Shown one piece after another: positions 25,140 through 38,009 of a stretch of 64,000 bases of DNA; positions within the stretch are counted from its first letter, which is position 1; the number at the start of each line of letters is the position of its first letter. The notes below the pieces were generated by a model that saw only the letters and a program-made list of their open reading frames with translations, made no database searches and was not told where the DNA came from. The stretch lies in assembly GCA_964016885.1 (NCBI GenBank), contig OZ024741.1:354268001-354332000 (forward strand), written 5' to 3'. The stretch is from Eledone cirrhosa (Eukaryota). The position numbers and the translations under genes are program-made.

Positions 25140-25632
25140 ATATATATGAATGTATATATAGTGTATTTTGCAATACACTGTATGCTTAATTAAAAGCATT
25201 TCGAAGACCTTACTCTATTGTTTTAGAGTAGTGACAGTCTCACTCACTTCAATTTTCAGCAAAATACACTATATATACATTCATATATATATCGCTATTT
25301 CAGAGCACCAATTCTAATTTTCAATTTCTGCTTGACCGGCAACCGCTCTGTATAATCAGTTCCTGATTATTACTAGAATTCTATAAGAATCAAACATTCA
25401 TGATTTTCAGCAAACAGGCGGAGTACTTCGCTTTGATAAGCACTAAAAAGTGCGAAACAGAGCTCTGTCAGCTTTATCTCCCCTGTTTGCTGAAAATTAA
25501 AGTAAGTGAGACTGTCACTACTCTAAAACAATAGCGTAAGGTCTTCAAAATGCTTTTAATTAAGCATACAGTGTATTGCAAAATACACTATATATACATT
25601 CATATATATATATCGCTATTTCGGAGCACCAA

Positions 25633-25640
<8 letters not shown>
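25140..25640. repeat. Foldback element with ~125-bp inverted arms and an internal direct repeat
   Basis: 25140-25263 is the reverse complement of 25486-25610 (about 4 mismatches); 25259-25318 repeats directly at 25578-25639. Confidence 0.9.
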
Positions 25641-25697
<57 letters not shown>

Positions 25698-26168
25698 AAT
25701 ATATGTGAAAGCAAGAGAGAAATGAAGCAAACATGCTTTGATGCTAATAACGGCACTCATCACCAACTGACAGTGGATGCATGCATGGCCAAATGGTTAA
25801 GTCCGCTTCACAATCATTAGTTCCCAGATTTGATTCTACTGCGTATCATTTTGGGCAAGTGTCATTTACCATAGCCTTAGGTTGACCCATGCCTTGTGAA
25901 TGAAATTGAGGAGATGGAAATTGTTTGAAAGCTTGTTGGCTGGCCAGCCTTATATACTGTATCCTGCTGAATCTCCCTGAGAATTAGATTAAGGTACATG
26001 TGTCTGTGGAGTACTCAGTGACTTGTGAGTTAATTTTACAAGCAGACCGTTCCATTGCACAAACAATTGGAACATCATCAAAAACAACAGAGGCCCATTG
26101 TATTCGTTATCCTCTTCTGTCACCCTTTCTTTCTTGTGTCACTCTACTTCTCTTCCAACAACACTTAA

Positions 26169-26378
26169 CCCTTTAGCATTTACATTACTCTCTATATATA
26201 CTATTATATTTTCATGATAAAGGCTTTATCTCACATAATATTAAATCTATGAGATTTTGATATTGTTTATTTTGAGAACAATACCTTAACATCAGTAGAA
26301 GTAGCCGGTTACAGCCAGTTTGAACAGAAAGAGGAGGGAGAATTCTGGCCGGATACGGCCAGTTTAAATACTAAAGGG
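26169..26378. mobile_element. piggyBac-type MITE (family 1)
   Basis: TTAA|CCCTTTAGCATTT...AAATACTAAAGGG|TTAA. Confidence 0.82.
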
Positions 26379-28563
26379 TTAATGCAAAAGTATTTTTTAG
26401 ATAGGTTAATTGAAATTGTAAAAGTACCATGGGGTGTCAATTCCTGTATTTTCTAAATAATAAAAAATATATTAAACCCATGAGAAAGTTATTTCATATA
26501 TTAAATAACCAACTAAATGTAAAAGACAACCAAGTAAAACAAAAGACAACCAGTTTGGAAGATAATATATATTATATCTATAAACATATATGTAAATGTG
26601 TGTCCGTGAAACATACATATACAGAAGGTCCGGACACAAAAGAACCAATCTCCCACTGTCTCTCCCCATCTCTCACTATTATGAGCAAATATGGAGGCCC
26701 CACATGCTGGCAGTCCCTCGGCCTCGGTAGACAGGCCAATTTTTATCACATCAACCTTTATCATAATCCCTCCATTCTAATATAACCTTTTATCATACTC
26801 CTCCTCTTCCATCATGACACTCATGTAACAAGTGTTATATTTGTCCATATTCATTACTCCCTACCATCAACCTCTCTTTCTCATGTTATTTTTCATTGAT
26901 ATCTACCCTACTCTCTTAACATCAGCCATATTTTATTACCATTTATGTTATTTCTTATCCAGTCTCTTAACCAGTACCCAACATGTAGCTGTCAGTGTTT
27001 ATCTTCTATTAGTCCCTCTCTTATAACCTGCTTCACTCCTCTCATTGTATTTCTTTCCCCCATCATTCTTATACACTTTCTTCTTTTACACTATTGGTCA
27101 TCATTCTCTTTTAATCAACCTGTTGGTCACATTTGCTTGGAATAAACAAAGATGATTTAGAGTAGGAAGGACAAAGCAGCCTCTCTATTTTTTATGCCAT
27201 GATAAAATGCACAAAGAACACTTTGTAAAGTGGTTAGAATTAGGAAGAATATCCAACAAGGAAAACAATAACTTCAAATAAGAACTCAGATTATGATGAT
27301 CCAAACAATCCATGCCAGTGTGGAAAACATGTACAATGGTGATTTTCCCACAGACGTTCACAGAAGGATTTAGTAAGGTAATTTTCTCATTAACTTATTA
27401 AGCCAGATATGGCTGGTTGAAATGCTAAAGGGTTAAGTCACAAACTAGGTTCACATATATATATATATATATATACATACCTACTTTATCACTTTATACA
27501 CACACACACACACACATATATATATACATACCTACTTTATCACTTTATACACACACACATATATATATATATATATTATTAAATTCAATACTACAATGAA
27601 GACATAACATGGAGAAACACAAAGACAGGCATTTCATTGAGTAAACTCAATTTATTCAAGTTGCAATGTTTCAATGATAAAGAGAACTTCCAGTAAGAGA
27701 AAACATAAGGGACTTGTAACAAATACAACATTAATCCACAAACAAAGGTATATCCTCCTACACATTTTAATGAAATGATTCAAGACTTCTACTCAAAACA
27801 TATATACATCATGAATAAGAAAATAATTTAATCATGTTACTTGCTTGTATGCATACACTCAAGTTAGATGTGATGCTAATACAAAATCTACGCCCACACA
27901 TACAAAATATCAAATAAACCACCAGACATATATAATATGTATTAGTAAGTTTACTATCCCAACTTAATTAAGATCCCAGAATAGAAATCGGTATATCAAT
28001 AACAACACAGCTATATATATTGACGTCAATCAACCTCAATGACATTTAAAGTTGTTTTTTTTATGCTTTTCTTTTCTTTTTCCTCAAACAATATTTATTC
28101 CCCCAAACAATAGATAATAAAAATTAAACTTAAAGCCAGTCTAGGAAAACATTTCCACAAATTGAAATACTCTAAAGAATTCAATAAACATGAATGTTAC
28201 TTTAACAGTGTACAAAAGAAAAAAATATTTAAATTACTTTGGATAAATATAAAATGAAAAGAGATTATATATAGATGCTCATGTGCTATGCACACATGCA
28301 CATACACATACATATACACATATATGAGTGTTATAGTTTGCTTGGAGCCTGCTCATTCTTACCTTTCCTATCAGATTTTAGTTCAATATTTACTAACTTT
28401 GCCTTTCATCCTTACAGGGTCGATAAAATAAAGTACCAGTAATGTACTGAGATAATTGCTGGCTTTGTGCCAAAAGTAGAAACACTATTTACAACACTGT
28501 TTGCATTGTAGCAGCTTCCTAAACATACCCACTTTATCACTTTATACACACACACATATATTA

Positions 28564-28605
<42 letters not shown>

Positions 28606-29109
28606 AAATTCAATACTACAATGAAGACATAACATGGAGAAACACAAAGACAGGCGTTTCATTGAGTAAACTCAATTTATTCAAGTTGCAATGTTTCAAT
28701 GATAAAGAGAACTTCCAGTAAGAGAAAACATAAGGGACTTCTGAGTTTTAGGGAGAAGTAAATTACAGAGAAGTTATTTGTGGCTATATAGGCAGCGAAT
28801 TGGCAGAGTCGTTAGAATGTCAGATAGAATGCTTGCGATATTCGTTCCAGCTGTCTGCTCTTTGAGTTCAAATCCCACCAAGGTCAACTTTGCCTTTCTC
28901 TAGTCGAGGTTGATAAAAGAATGTACCAGTCAAGTACTGGGGTTGATTCTTCCTCTATATTTTTTTCTCACTACCATTCTTCCCTCACTCTCTTTCCTTC
29001 TCTGGAAGAAATCTGCTGTACTCAGAGCTAAAGAGGAGATGGGCTCTGTCAGATGCCAGTTCAGCACTCCTATGATTCCCTCAGGAGTTACAGGATCATG
29101 CATGCATTT

Positions 29110-29945
29110 GTGACTATAGCTGTTTTCTAAACATATTCTATTTGTAATTATTAGGTTTTCTCTAAACTGTCTTATATGTCTATTAGGTGTTGTCTAAACA
29201 TGTCCTATTTGTGACTGTTAGGTATTTTCTAACCATGTACTATTTGTGATTAGTAAGTGTTTTCCAAACGTGTTCTATTTGCAAGTTAGCAATTCTCTAG
29301 ACGTCCTATTTGTGACTATTAACTCTTTTGTAAACATATTCTATTTGTGACTATTATATATAAAATAAAGTACCAGTAATGCACTGGGTAATTGCTGGCC
29401 TTGTGCCTAAAGTAGAAACAATTATTTGTGGATTGGCAGTATCGGTAGAGGGTCGGACGCCATGCTTTGCAGCAAAGAGTTACGGCTCTTTATGGTTTGA
29501 GTTCAAATCCCGCCGAGGTTAACTTTGCCTTTCATCCTTACGGGGTCGATAAAATAAAGTACCAGTAATACACTGGGATAATTGCTTGCCTTGTGCCAAA
29601 AGTAGAAACAATTATTTGTTTACTAAAATGGCGGTGGATTGGCAGTATCGGTAGAGGGTCGGACGCCATGCTTTCCAGCATAGTTACGTCCCTTTACGAT
29701 CTGAGTTCAAATCCCGCCGAGGTTGACTTTGCCTTTCATCCTTATGGGGTCGATAAAATAAAGTACCATTAATGCACTGGGTAATTTCTGGCCTTGTGCC
29801 TAAAGTAGAAACAATTATTTGTTTACTAAACATACTGTTTGTGACAATTAGCTGTTCTCTAAACATATTCTATTTATGACTATGTTTTTCTAAACATGTA
29901 CTATTTGTGATTAGGTGTTTGCTAAATGTTTTCTATTTATGACTA
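29110..29945. repeat. Degenerate ~32-bp minisatellite interrupted by a SINE cluster
   Basis: TGTTTTCTAAACATATTCTATTTGTGACTATTA-like units at 29110-29357 and 29821-29945. Confidence 0.7.
29362..29820 (+). mobile_element. Three tandem tRNA-derived Nin-domain-like SINEs (one tail only, two near full length)
   Basis: A box TGGCAGTATCGG, B box GAGTTCAAATCC, GCCTTTCATCCTTACGGGGTCGATAAAATAAAGTACCAG, tail CCTAAAGTAGAAACAATTATT; copies at ~29362, 29428 and 29630. Confidence 0.85.
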
Positions 29946-32900
29946 TTCATTAGGAGACTGCTAGACCATCATCTGTGTACAATGTTACATTTAGAACCAA
30001 TCTATTTCTTATATAAAACCCACCTGATCACTATATGCCTGATAACAATATCCAGACTATTAACCTCATCTCTAACAATGAAAATGTTTTAAATATCTAC
30101 TTATATGCTACATTTTGAATAGTACAATCACTTATTGTTGTCAGATGTTTTATTCCTGGATTGCATACATGGTACATCAATGAATTCAAACTATGAGAAA
30201 CCTATATTTCTAAAATAAAAGCAAAAACATGCTTATCCATTAGGCCACTGATGATTATATATATTTATATTTCAGCAAAGGCAGCCATATTGAGCTGGTA
30301 TCAGCATTAGACTTAGTGATTGGGTTATCAGCAAGTATTATATTTACTGCAGCTATGATTTTTCTAGAAAGAACTCAAATATAGTAAAGATATAGATATT
30401 CAAAAAAAGTTTTTATCACTACATATGAGATTAACAGTCAGAAAAAATTATAATTTTATTCTAGCTATACAAATTCCTCAGCTCCATCATAGCCATCTCA
30501 TGCTAACATCAAATAGCTTGTTGTCATCTCCTTTGAGGCAGTTAATAGACAGAACTGTCTGAATTCTTTGCACCCCAAATTCAAATCCTACAAAGGTTAA
30601 TTTTGCATTTTATCCTTTTGATATCAATAAATAAAGTACCAATCTAATAGTGGGGTTGATTCTTTCTCTATCTTTTTCTCACTTCTTCTCAATTACTTTC
30701 TCTCCTTCCCTGGAAGAAATTGGCTGTTAAGACCTGGAGAGTGGATAAGCTCAGCCAGATTTTTTTTAAATATCCAAGAAATGCCATATATCACCTCTAT
30801 AACTCCACCATACATTCATTCTCCTTTACTTGATAAGAATCATTCATTGAAAAGAAAAAAATAGCTAGAAGGATTCCTAGCAGAAATAACTGATTGATGT
30901 GATTACAGATAATGATGAATATTAGAAATAATAGATAACTGGTCTGAAAGTGATACAGTAGAAGCTGAGGAAACTGGTGATCATCTGTATCAGTAAATAG
31001 TAATTCTTTTACTTGTTTCAGTCATTAGAATGTGGCCATGCTGGGCACTGCCTTTGGTTTAGTCAATCATACTGACACCAGAACCTTTTTTTCAAGTCTG
31101 CTTCTTATTTCATTGGTCTCATTTTTGTGGAACTGGTAAGTTATGTGTCATAAACATGGAGACACACACAATCATCATCATCACTGTTTAGCATCCATTT
31201 GTCCATGCTTGCATGGGTTAAGCGGGTTGTCCACGCTGAGGCAAGTCTGGCCAGAGTTCGCCATGCCATATCTGACTCCGAAAAGGACTGTAAATTTGGC
31301 TGGGTATTTTACAGCTGGATGCCCTTCCCAACACCAACCACATTTACATGTATACACAATATATATAAATATAGATGCTTTAAAACAAACTGCTTTGTTT
31401 CATAGAAACAAGGATGTCTTTGTATCAAAAGGATTAGATCCTGTTGGAGGTCAAATTAATCTTTCATCTGTTCAGGCTAAATAAAGTAATTACCCGACAT
31501 TCATTGAGACATATTCAATTAACTGTACCTATTATTTGAAACATGTGGCTTTGTAAGGAATTTCTTCCCAAAGTCTAGAGAAAGAATTTAATCACCAAAA
31601 TTTAGTTGAACCTGATAAATTTACACAATTCTTTTCTGTTTTTGTTGTTGAAAGAATTTATCATAGTATAGTAGCTTAACTGCAGTAATACTACAAATTG
31701 CGACTCCCAGTCATCTCTTTTTAACCATCTCTAACACCTATCTTAATCATTGTATTATACTGCTTATGTAATAAGGGATAGCATTTGGTCTATCCATATT
31801 CATTACATCCACCATCACCAATTATCACTCTTTCATCATTACCTCTTTATCACTTTACCTCTCTGCCATTCATGACTGTGGATTGAGGGATGGCATCAGA
31901 TCTCTCCACATTCAGTATTCTCTACTGTCATATATTTGTCTACTAGCCTTCACCCTCTCCACCTTATGTGGTTCTTAATAGATATCGACTGCTCTCCTTT
32001 ACACTCACTTATCTTTGCCATCCATCACTTGCTGTCTCTTCACATTAACCATATTCATTGCAATCCCATCAGGCTATTTGTAATCTCTTTACCAACAACC
32101 AGCTTCCAGCTGTTACTATCTCACACCCATTACTTATTTCCTCTATCTTACTATCCTATTACTCTGTCCCTCCATCATACTCTCTCTCTCTCTCCCTATC
32201 TCCTCCTGGACATCACTAGAAAGAACAGAGGAAACTTAGAGTAGAGAAGTATTGCAAGAGATAAGGCAACCTCTCTAGAATTGGTGTCACAACAAAATGT
32301 TCATTTACATTCTGTAACAGTGATTGGTGAATGAATTGAGATAACAAAAGATAGAGAGCATTGTAGTTGTGTTAAATACATGACACCCTTTCTAATACTG
32401 GTGTCATGATAAAATGCATCCAGTATACTCTGTAAAGTGGTTGGTTCTAGGAAGGGAACCCAGCATAAAAAAAAACATGTCAAAAAATGGGACCTACAAG
32501 CAAGACAGACTCCTTTAGCCTATACATGAGGGAAGTAATTCAAAATAAAAACTGACTCAGAATATGACAATCTATGAAACCCATGCCAGCATGAAAAGCA
32601 GAAGTAAAATGATAATGATTATAATAATACCAATAAATATTTTGAACAGCTTGTATTATTTAATTCCTTTTAATACTATTTAATACATGGTATCTAACAA
32701 CATAAGCTTTAACGAGCCTAATAATATAATTGTTTCTATTTTTGGCAAAAAGGCCAGCAAGTATCCAGTGCATTACTGGTACTTTATTTTATCGACCCCA
32801 TAAGGGTGAAAGGCGAAGTTAACCTCGGCAGGATTTAATGTTAGGATAACATTGAGTAATGAAGGTATGTAGTTTAGTGGTTAAGCTATTGAACTCATGA

Positions 32901-34025
32901 ACCAGGTGGCACATTGGGTTCTTAAGCAAGATGCTCTACTTCATATTGCTTTTAAAAATATCTGAGAAATCTATGAGATGCAACTTTGAAGCAGGCCAGC
33001 TAAACCTATATAGGTATGAGCAGTAAATTTCATTTCCCTTTCAAGTCATAATAGAAATGATGTGAAGGAGAGACAAAAAATGTTTATATGTTTGTAACAT
33101 TGCTTCCATTGTAGCTATTTTCTATTGCAGATACTATTAATAGCTTTGGACAGCTAGAATGTCACAATTTTCGTTTTACTCTTACCTTATTCATCATATA
33201 AAAAATAGCGAAGTAATTGATTATGTATTGCCTACGAGATAAATCAATATTTATTTATTGCTTATATACAGTCCATATTATTAACTCCCCAGAGAAGTAA
33301 TAGTTAGATAAGACTTAAAAACCAATGTGTTTAACAGGTGGGAGTACAGAGAACCAAAAAGTGGAGAGAAAAAGAAGAAAAAAGAAAAGATTTTGATGAT
33401 GAGGAGGAGGAGGAATGAAAAGAAAAAGAAAATGAAAAAGTAAAAAAGCAAAAGGAAAACAGAATAAAGAAAAAAGGCGGTGATGGTGGCATTGATGATG
33501 ATGATGATGATGATGAGAATGCGTAGGAGGAAGAAAGGAAGAAAATGAAAAATTGAAATGGCAAGAGAGAAACAGAAAAAGAAGAAAGGAAGAATAAGAA
33601 AAAGTAAAACAAAAGAAGGTGGTGGTGATGGTGGCATTGATGAGGAGGAGGAAGAAGCAATGGTCGCATTAAGAATAATAAGAGGAACTTTACTTGTCTC
33701 AAGCAAGATACAGCTACATTTACAATGTTATCAGGCATTAAGAAAATGTCTGATATATTTTACAAATAAAGATATAATCTTTTAGTCTTTTATTGGTTTA
33801 CATCATTAGACTGCAGCCATGCTGGGGTACCACATTGATTTAAGTTGATCACATCAACTACTATTTATAATGTGGAAAGTGATATATATATAAGGTTAAA
33901 CAATGCAAAATGGATGGTAAGATGAAGGCAACGAAAAAGTTAGTTACATAGTAATCTTTGATGTTTTCTTTTGTTTCTTTCATCTTAATATTTTGGGATT
34001 TAAAATTCCCTTTGTCAGAGTTTAA

Positions 34026-34547
34026 CTCTTTAGCATTTAAACCAGCTGTAACTGGTCACTCATACTGATGTTAAGGTATTGTTCTCAAAATAAATAATAT
34101 CAAAATCTCATAGATTTGATATTATGTGATATAATTCTGTGAGGTAAGCCTTTACCATGAAAATATAATAGTAAATATAGAGTACTCATCATCATCATCA
34201 TTTCATTTTACGTCCGCTTTTCCCTGCTTGCAAGGGTGAGACGGGAACTGATTCTGGCTTGATTTCTACAGCTGGATGCCCTTCCTAACACCAACCTCAT
34301 TTACAGTGAGTGCTGGGTACTTTTTTGCCGTGGCACCTACACGACCACTTTGCAGTGGAATGATAAGGACCTCAGTCCCTATCATCTCATTTCTACAGCT
34401 GAGTAAACTGGAGCAATTTGAAATAAAGTGTCTTGCTCAAGGAAACAACACACCACCCGGTCTGAGAATTGAACTCACAACCTTTCGATTGCAAGGCCAA
34501 TGCTCTAACCACTAAGCCATGTGCCTCCATCTGTAAATGCTAGAGGG
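34026..34547. mobile_element. piggyBac-type MITE (family 1) with a nested complete SINE
   Basis: TTAA|CTCTTTAGCATTT...AAATGCTAGAGGG|TTAA interrupted at ~34186-34529. Confidence 0.75.
34186..34529 (-). mobile_element. Complete composite SINE: tRNA head + CORE-like domain + RTE-derived tail + (GAT)n
   Basis: Minus strand GGAGGCACATGGCTTAGTGGTTAGAGC...GAGTTCAATTC...CCTTGAGCAAGACACTT...AGGAAGGGCATCCAGC...GGACGTAAAATG(ATG)n; boundaries set by the host MITE. Confidence 0.8.
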
Positions 34548-36084
34548 TTAAGGAACTCTCAGAAAAAAAAAATTTTTCAATCTCTTCTCTTTGAAATTAG
34601 ATATGAATTTAAAATTTGTAACCAGCTTTCAAGCATTGTTTGATGTTTGCTGTAGTATTCACAAGAAGCTGGAGGATGATGTCAATTGCCATATATAATA
34701 TTTCATGGAATCAAATTTCTTGTGTAAATTGTTGTGTTTAGGTTGCATATGCGTGCGTGTGGGTGCGCCCTTCTTTGTCAAGTATTGTGAGCCGAGTTTC
34801 ATTCTGTTATAGTATTTATATTTTCAAGTCTAGTACTTAGTTTATTAATCTCTTTTTTTATGTTACGAAACAAACATGATATGAACCATCTTGCAAGATG
34901 AAGAACACAATATGCTGCTCAGTCCAGGCATCAAATCCATGACCTTATGATTATGAGCTGAACAGCCTAACCACTATCCCATGCACATGTGATTTAAGAA
35001 AATGTTGATGTTATTTTTAGCAGGCCAAATTACCACATATAAGCTCCTTTGTTGTCTTGATGGTTTTGATATTGTAGTGATGTATGTGTTATAAGTTAAC
35101 CAGAAGAAGAAGGGAAGGCTCTCCCAGAGCAATGAGGATGATGATGCTGATACTATGTCTCCTGAGGAAATGTGGGTGAGCTGAATTTTTATAACAGAGT
35201 GAACTCCACTAAAGACACATAATAGACAGGCAGTAGTGTTAACACTTTCGTTATCAAATTTCTAATGAAAGGCACTGCCAATGATTTTCAAATCATTTTG
35301 GCAATAATCAAGAATTTGGAGGGATTTAGTAATATAACTAGCTTTCTAATTATTTGGAACATAAAAGTTATGTTCAAAATTATGATGGAAGGTTTTTAGA
35401 TAAATATAAATAATCTAAAACAAACATTGCATCAAAGGACCAAGTGTGATTTCAGGAAATTTAGTAGCAAAAGCATTAAACAGGACAGTAGAAAACCAGG
35501 TGGGGAATAGAAACATTGGATTAGGAACTGATAGATCCAGATTAAAGGATACAAAAATTAAAGACCAGTAATATATTAAGAAATGATGGCCTAGTTAATA
35601 GATTATTGGCAACCAGCTAAGTGGTACATATCTTGTCACCATTTAATTGTTTCATTATCAAGCCAGTTGAAACTGCCCTTAGTTCTATGATACACAGTTG
35701 CCTGTTCATACTTGTATTAAAACTTTCCATCACAATTTCATGGAAGAAATTTTAGTTCAGTTATGTTCCAAACCATGTAGCTTAATAAGAAAATCAGTTA
35801 TATATTTTAATTCTTCCAAAAATTTGATTATTTTCAAAATTAAATGAAACACATTGACAGTATATTTCATTAGAAAGATGGTAATGAAAAGCTTAACTCT
35901 TAATGTCCAAGTTTACCTAGTTGTAAATAGGTATCACTTTAATGGATTTCTATAACTAGTAAATAGATTAAACCCTACCCTCAAAATTCTGAACAGGCAA
36001 TCTAACAACTACTACCTACAAACACATTTGAAAATAACAAAAATAGATATCTTTCATCAGTTAGAAATAGAATATTTTACAAAC

Positions 36085-36222
36085 CTCGCGAACTTTAATA
36101 TTTCCAAGAGTTCCTGAGATTCGAGGAATCAAAATAGGTTGCAGGTCAAGAGTCCAAAAGTCATCAAAAGTTCCAAGTGTTGTTAAATTTCTCATTGCTT
36201 TTTCACCATATAATTTTTTTTC
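36085..36222 (-). CDS. QPCT: Glutaminyl-peptide cyclotransferase (QPCT/QPCTL-like), most 5' coding exon found (probably exon 2)
   Basis: Minus strand aatttcAG|GAA...CGCGAG|GTttgt; 138 nt, phase 0/0; encodes EKKLYGEKAMRNLTTLGTFDDFWTLDLQPILIPRISGTLGNIKVRE, matching the QC 'L.P.LI.R..GS.G...VRQ' segment and joining in frame to the HII exon. Not in the ORF track. Confidence 0.88.
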
Positions 36223-36817
36223 CTGAAATTTAAAATTATATATATATATAATTATATATCAAAATTAAACAAGAAAAAACTCTAGTTACAGAAGTATAAA
36301 CAAGCCAGATGGAAAAACTTTTCTATCTAACTTCACTTATATAGATCTCCCTACCATGGGTTCATATATATATACATGCTAGCGTGGAAGATAGACGTTA
36401 AACGACGATGATGATGATATATATTTCTCATAACCCCATCCAATATCAAAATAATGTAAATGAATACAACAAACCCAGCCATGACCCACCACACAAAATT
36501 CAATTACTTAGCTACAAGAAAAACATTTAACACGATTAATTATCTTTTAAACATTATATCATACGTACACTAACAAACAAACTATAGACAGAATATAATA
36601 AATTGATGCAGACAATATATGAAATCTGCCAAAACTAAACATATTGTACTTACATTAAAAACAATTTTAAACGGAAAAGCATTCTACTCCTCCCTCAAAA
36701 ACATTTTAAGACTTAGAGAGAAACCCTTAGTATCAGAGACCTTTCAACAGAGACTTACATATTATCAGAGGCATGATACTATAATATATATAAATAATAT
36801 ATATAATAATAATAATA

Positions 36818-37003
36818 ATTGTTTCTACTTTAGGCACAAGGCCAGCAATTACCCAGTGCATTACTGGTACTTTATTTTATCGACCCCGTAAGGATGAAAG
36901 GCAAAGTCAACCTCGGCGGGATTTGAATTCAGATCGTAAAGGGACGTAACTATGCTGGAAAGCATGGCGTCCGACACTCTACCGATACTGCCAATCCACC
37001 GCC
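36818..37003 (-). mobile_element. Young full-length Nin-domain-like SINE
   Basis: Reverse complement matches 29630-29817 with about 5 mismatches; flanked by (AAT)n on both sides. Confidence 0.88.
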
Positions 37004-37024
37004 CATCTATAATAATAATAATAA

Positions 37025-38005
37025 TAGTGGGATCTCAGGAAGCTTAATTAAGAATGTAGGCTTCACATGCAGCAGCTGTGCTGAGACAGACACAGGAAAC
37101 AAGTACCACCAATCTCTGGGAGGGCTCTATAGAAACAGTAGACAGCTTCTGCTACCTAGGTGACCGAATTAGCAGCGGAGGTGTGTGTTCAGAAAGTACA
37201 ATAACTAAGGTAAGAACGGGATGGAAGAAGTTCAGGGAACTACTGCCACTGCTAACTGCAAAAGGCTTCTCCCTCAAAATGAAAGGCAGACTGTATGATG
37301 CGTGTATCCGAACAGCAATGTTAGATAGTAGTGAGACCTGGGCGCTGAAGGTGGAAGACTTACGTAGATTAGAAAGAAACGACGCCTGCATGCTCCGATG
37401 GATGTGTAATAGTAATATACGCGAACGACAAAGCATAAATGAATTGAGAGAGAGACTGAGCATAAGAGGAATAAAATGCTGTGTGCAGGAGAGGCGGTTG
37501 CGTTGGTATGGACATGTGATGCGTATGAAGGATGACAGCTGCATAAAAAGGTGCAGAGCACTAGAAGTCAATGGAAACCACGGAGTGGCGAGACCCAAGA
37601 AGACTTGGGATGAGGTGATAAAAGCCGACCTTGTCCAATTACACACGACCGTGACCTCTGGCGTCACGCAGTAATACAGAGTACCCGACCTCCCATGGGT
37701 ACAAGCTGAAGCATATAGACAATATGCCCCCACACCCTCCCACTGCAAGGTGGTCATGGAGGTGCCACGGCAAAAAAGCACCCAGCCCACACTGTAAAGT
37801 GGACGTGTAGGCGCCACTAAAAAGCACCCAGCACTCACTGTAAATGAGGTTGGTGTTAGGAAGGGCATCCAGCTGTAGAAATCAAGCCAAAATCAGTTCC
37901 TGTATGAGCAAGGCATGGTCAGCCGACCAGACACTGCCCGCAACAGACAACCCGTCTAACCCATGCTAGCATGGAAGAACGGACATAAAACGGTGATGAT
38001 GATGA
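37025..38005 (+). mobile_element. 5'-truncated RTE LINE (long-UTR family)
   Basis: 198-aa frame VDSFCYLGD...GWKKFRELLPLL...ERRLRWYGHVMR...RPKKTW, then 3' UTR ending (GAT)n at ~38004. Confidence 0.9.
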
Positions 38006-38009
38006 ATAT

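Noticed and set aside
29630-29720. tRNA genes at A/B-box motifs (also 24515, 36900, 41506, 51020)
   Set aside because: No complete cloverleaf; the boxes run into SINE bodies repeated many times in the window.
33281-33785. Hydrophobic/Ser-rich ORFs of 135-141 aa
   Set aside because: Translations of purine-rich low-complexity and (GAT)n/(GAG)n sequence; no domain or splice support.
37152-37868. 238-aa minus-strand ORF and similar antisense ORFs over LINEs (7520-10265, 38943-39380, 49897-50295)
   Set aside because: Shadow frames opposite retrotransposon coding sequence, with no independent motifs.
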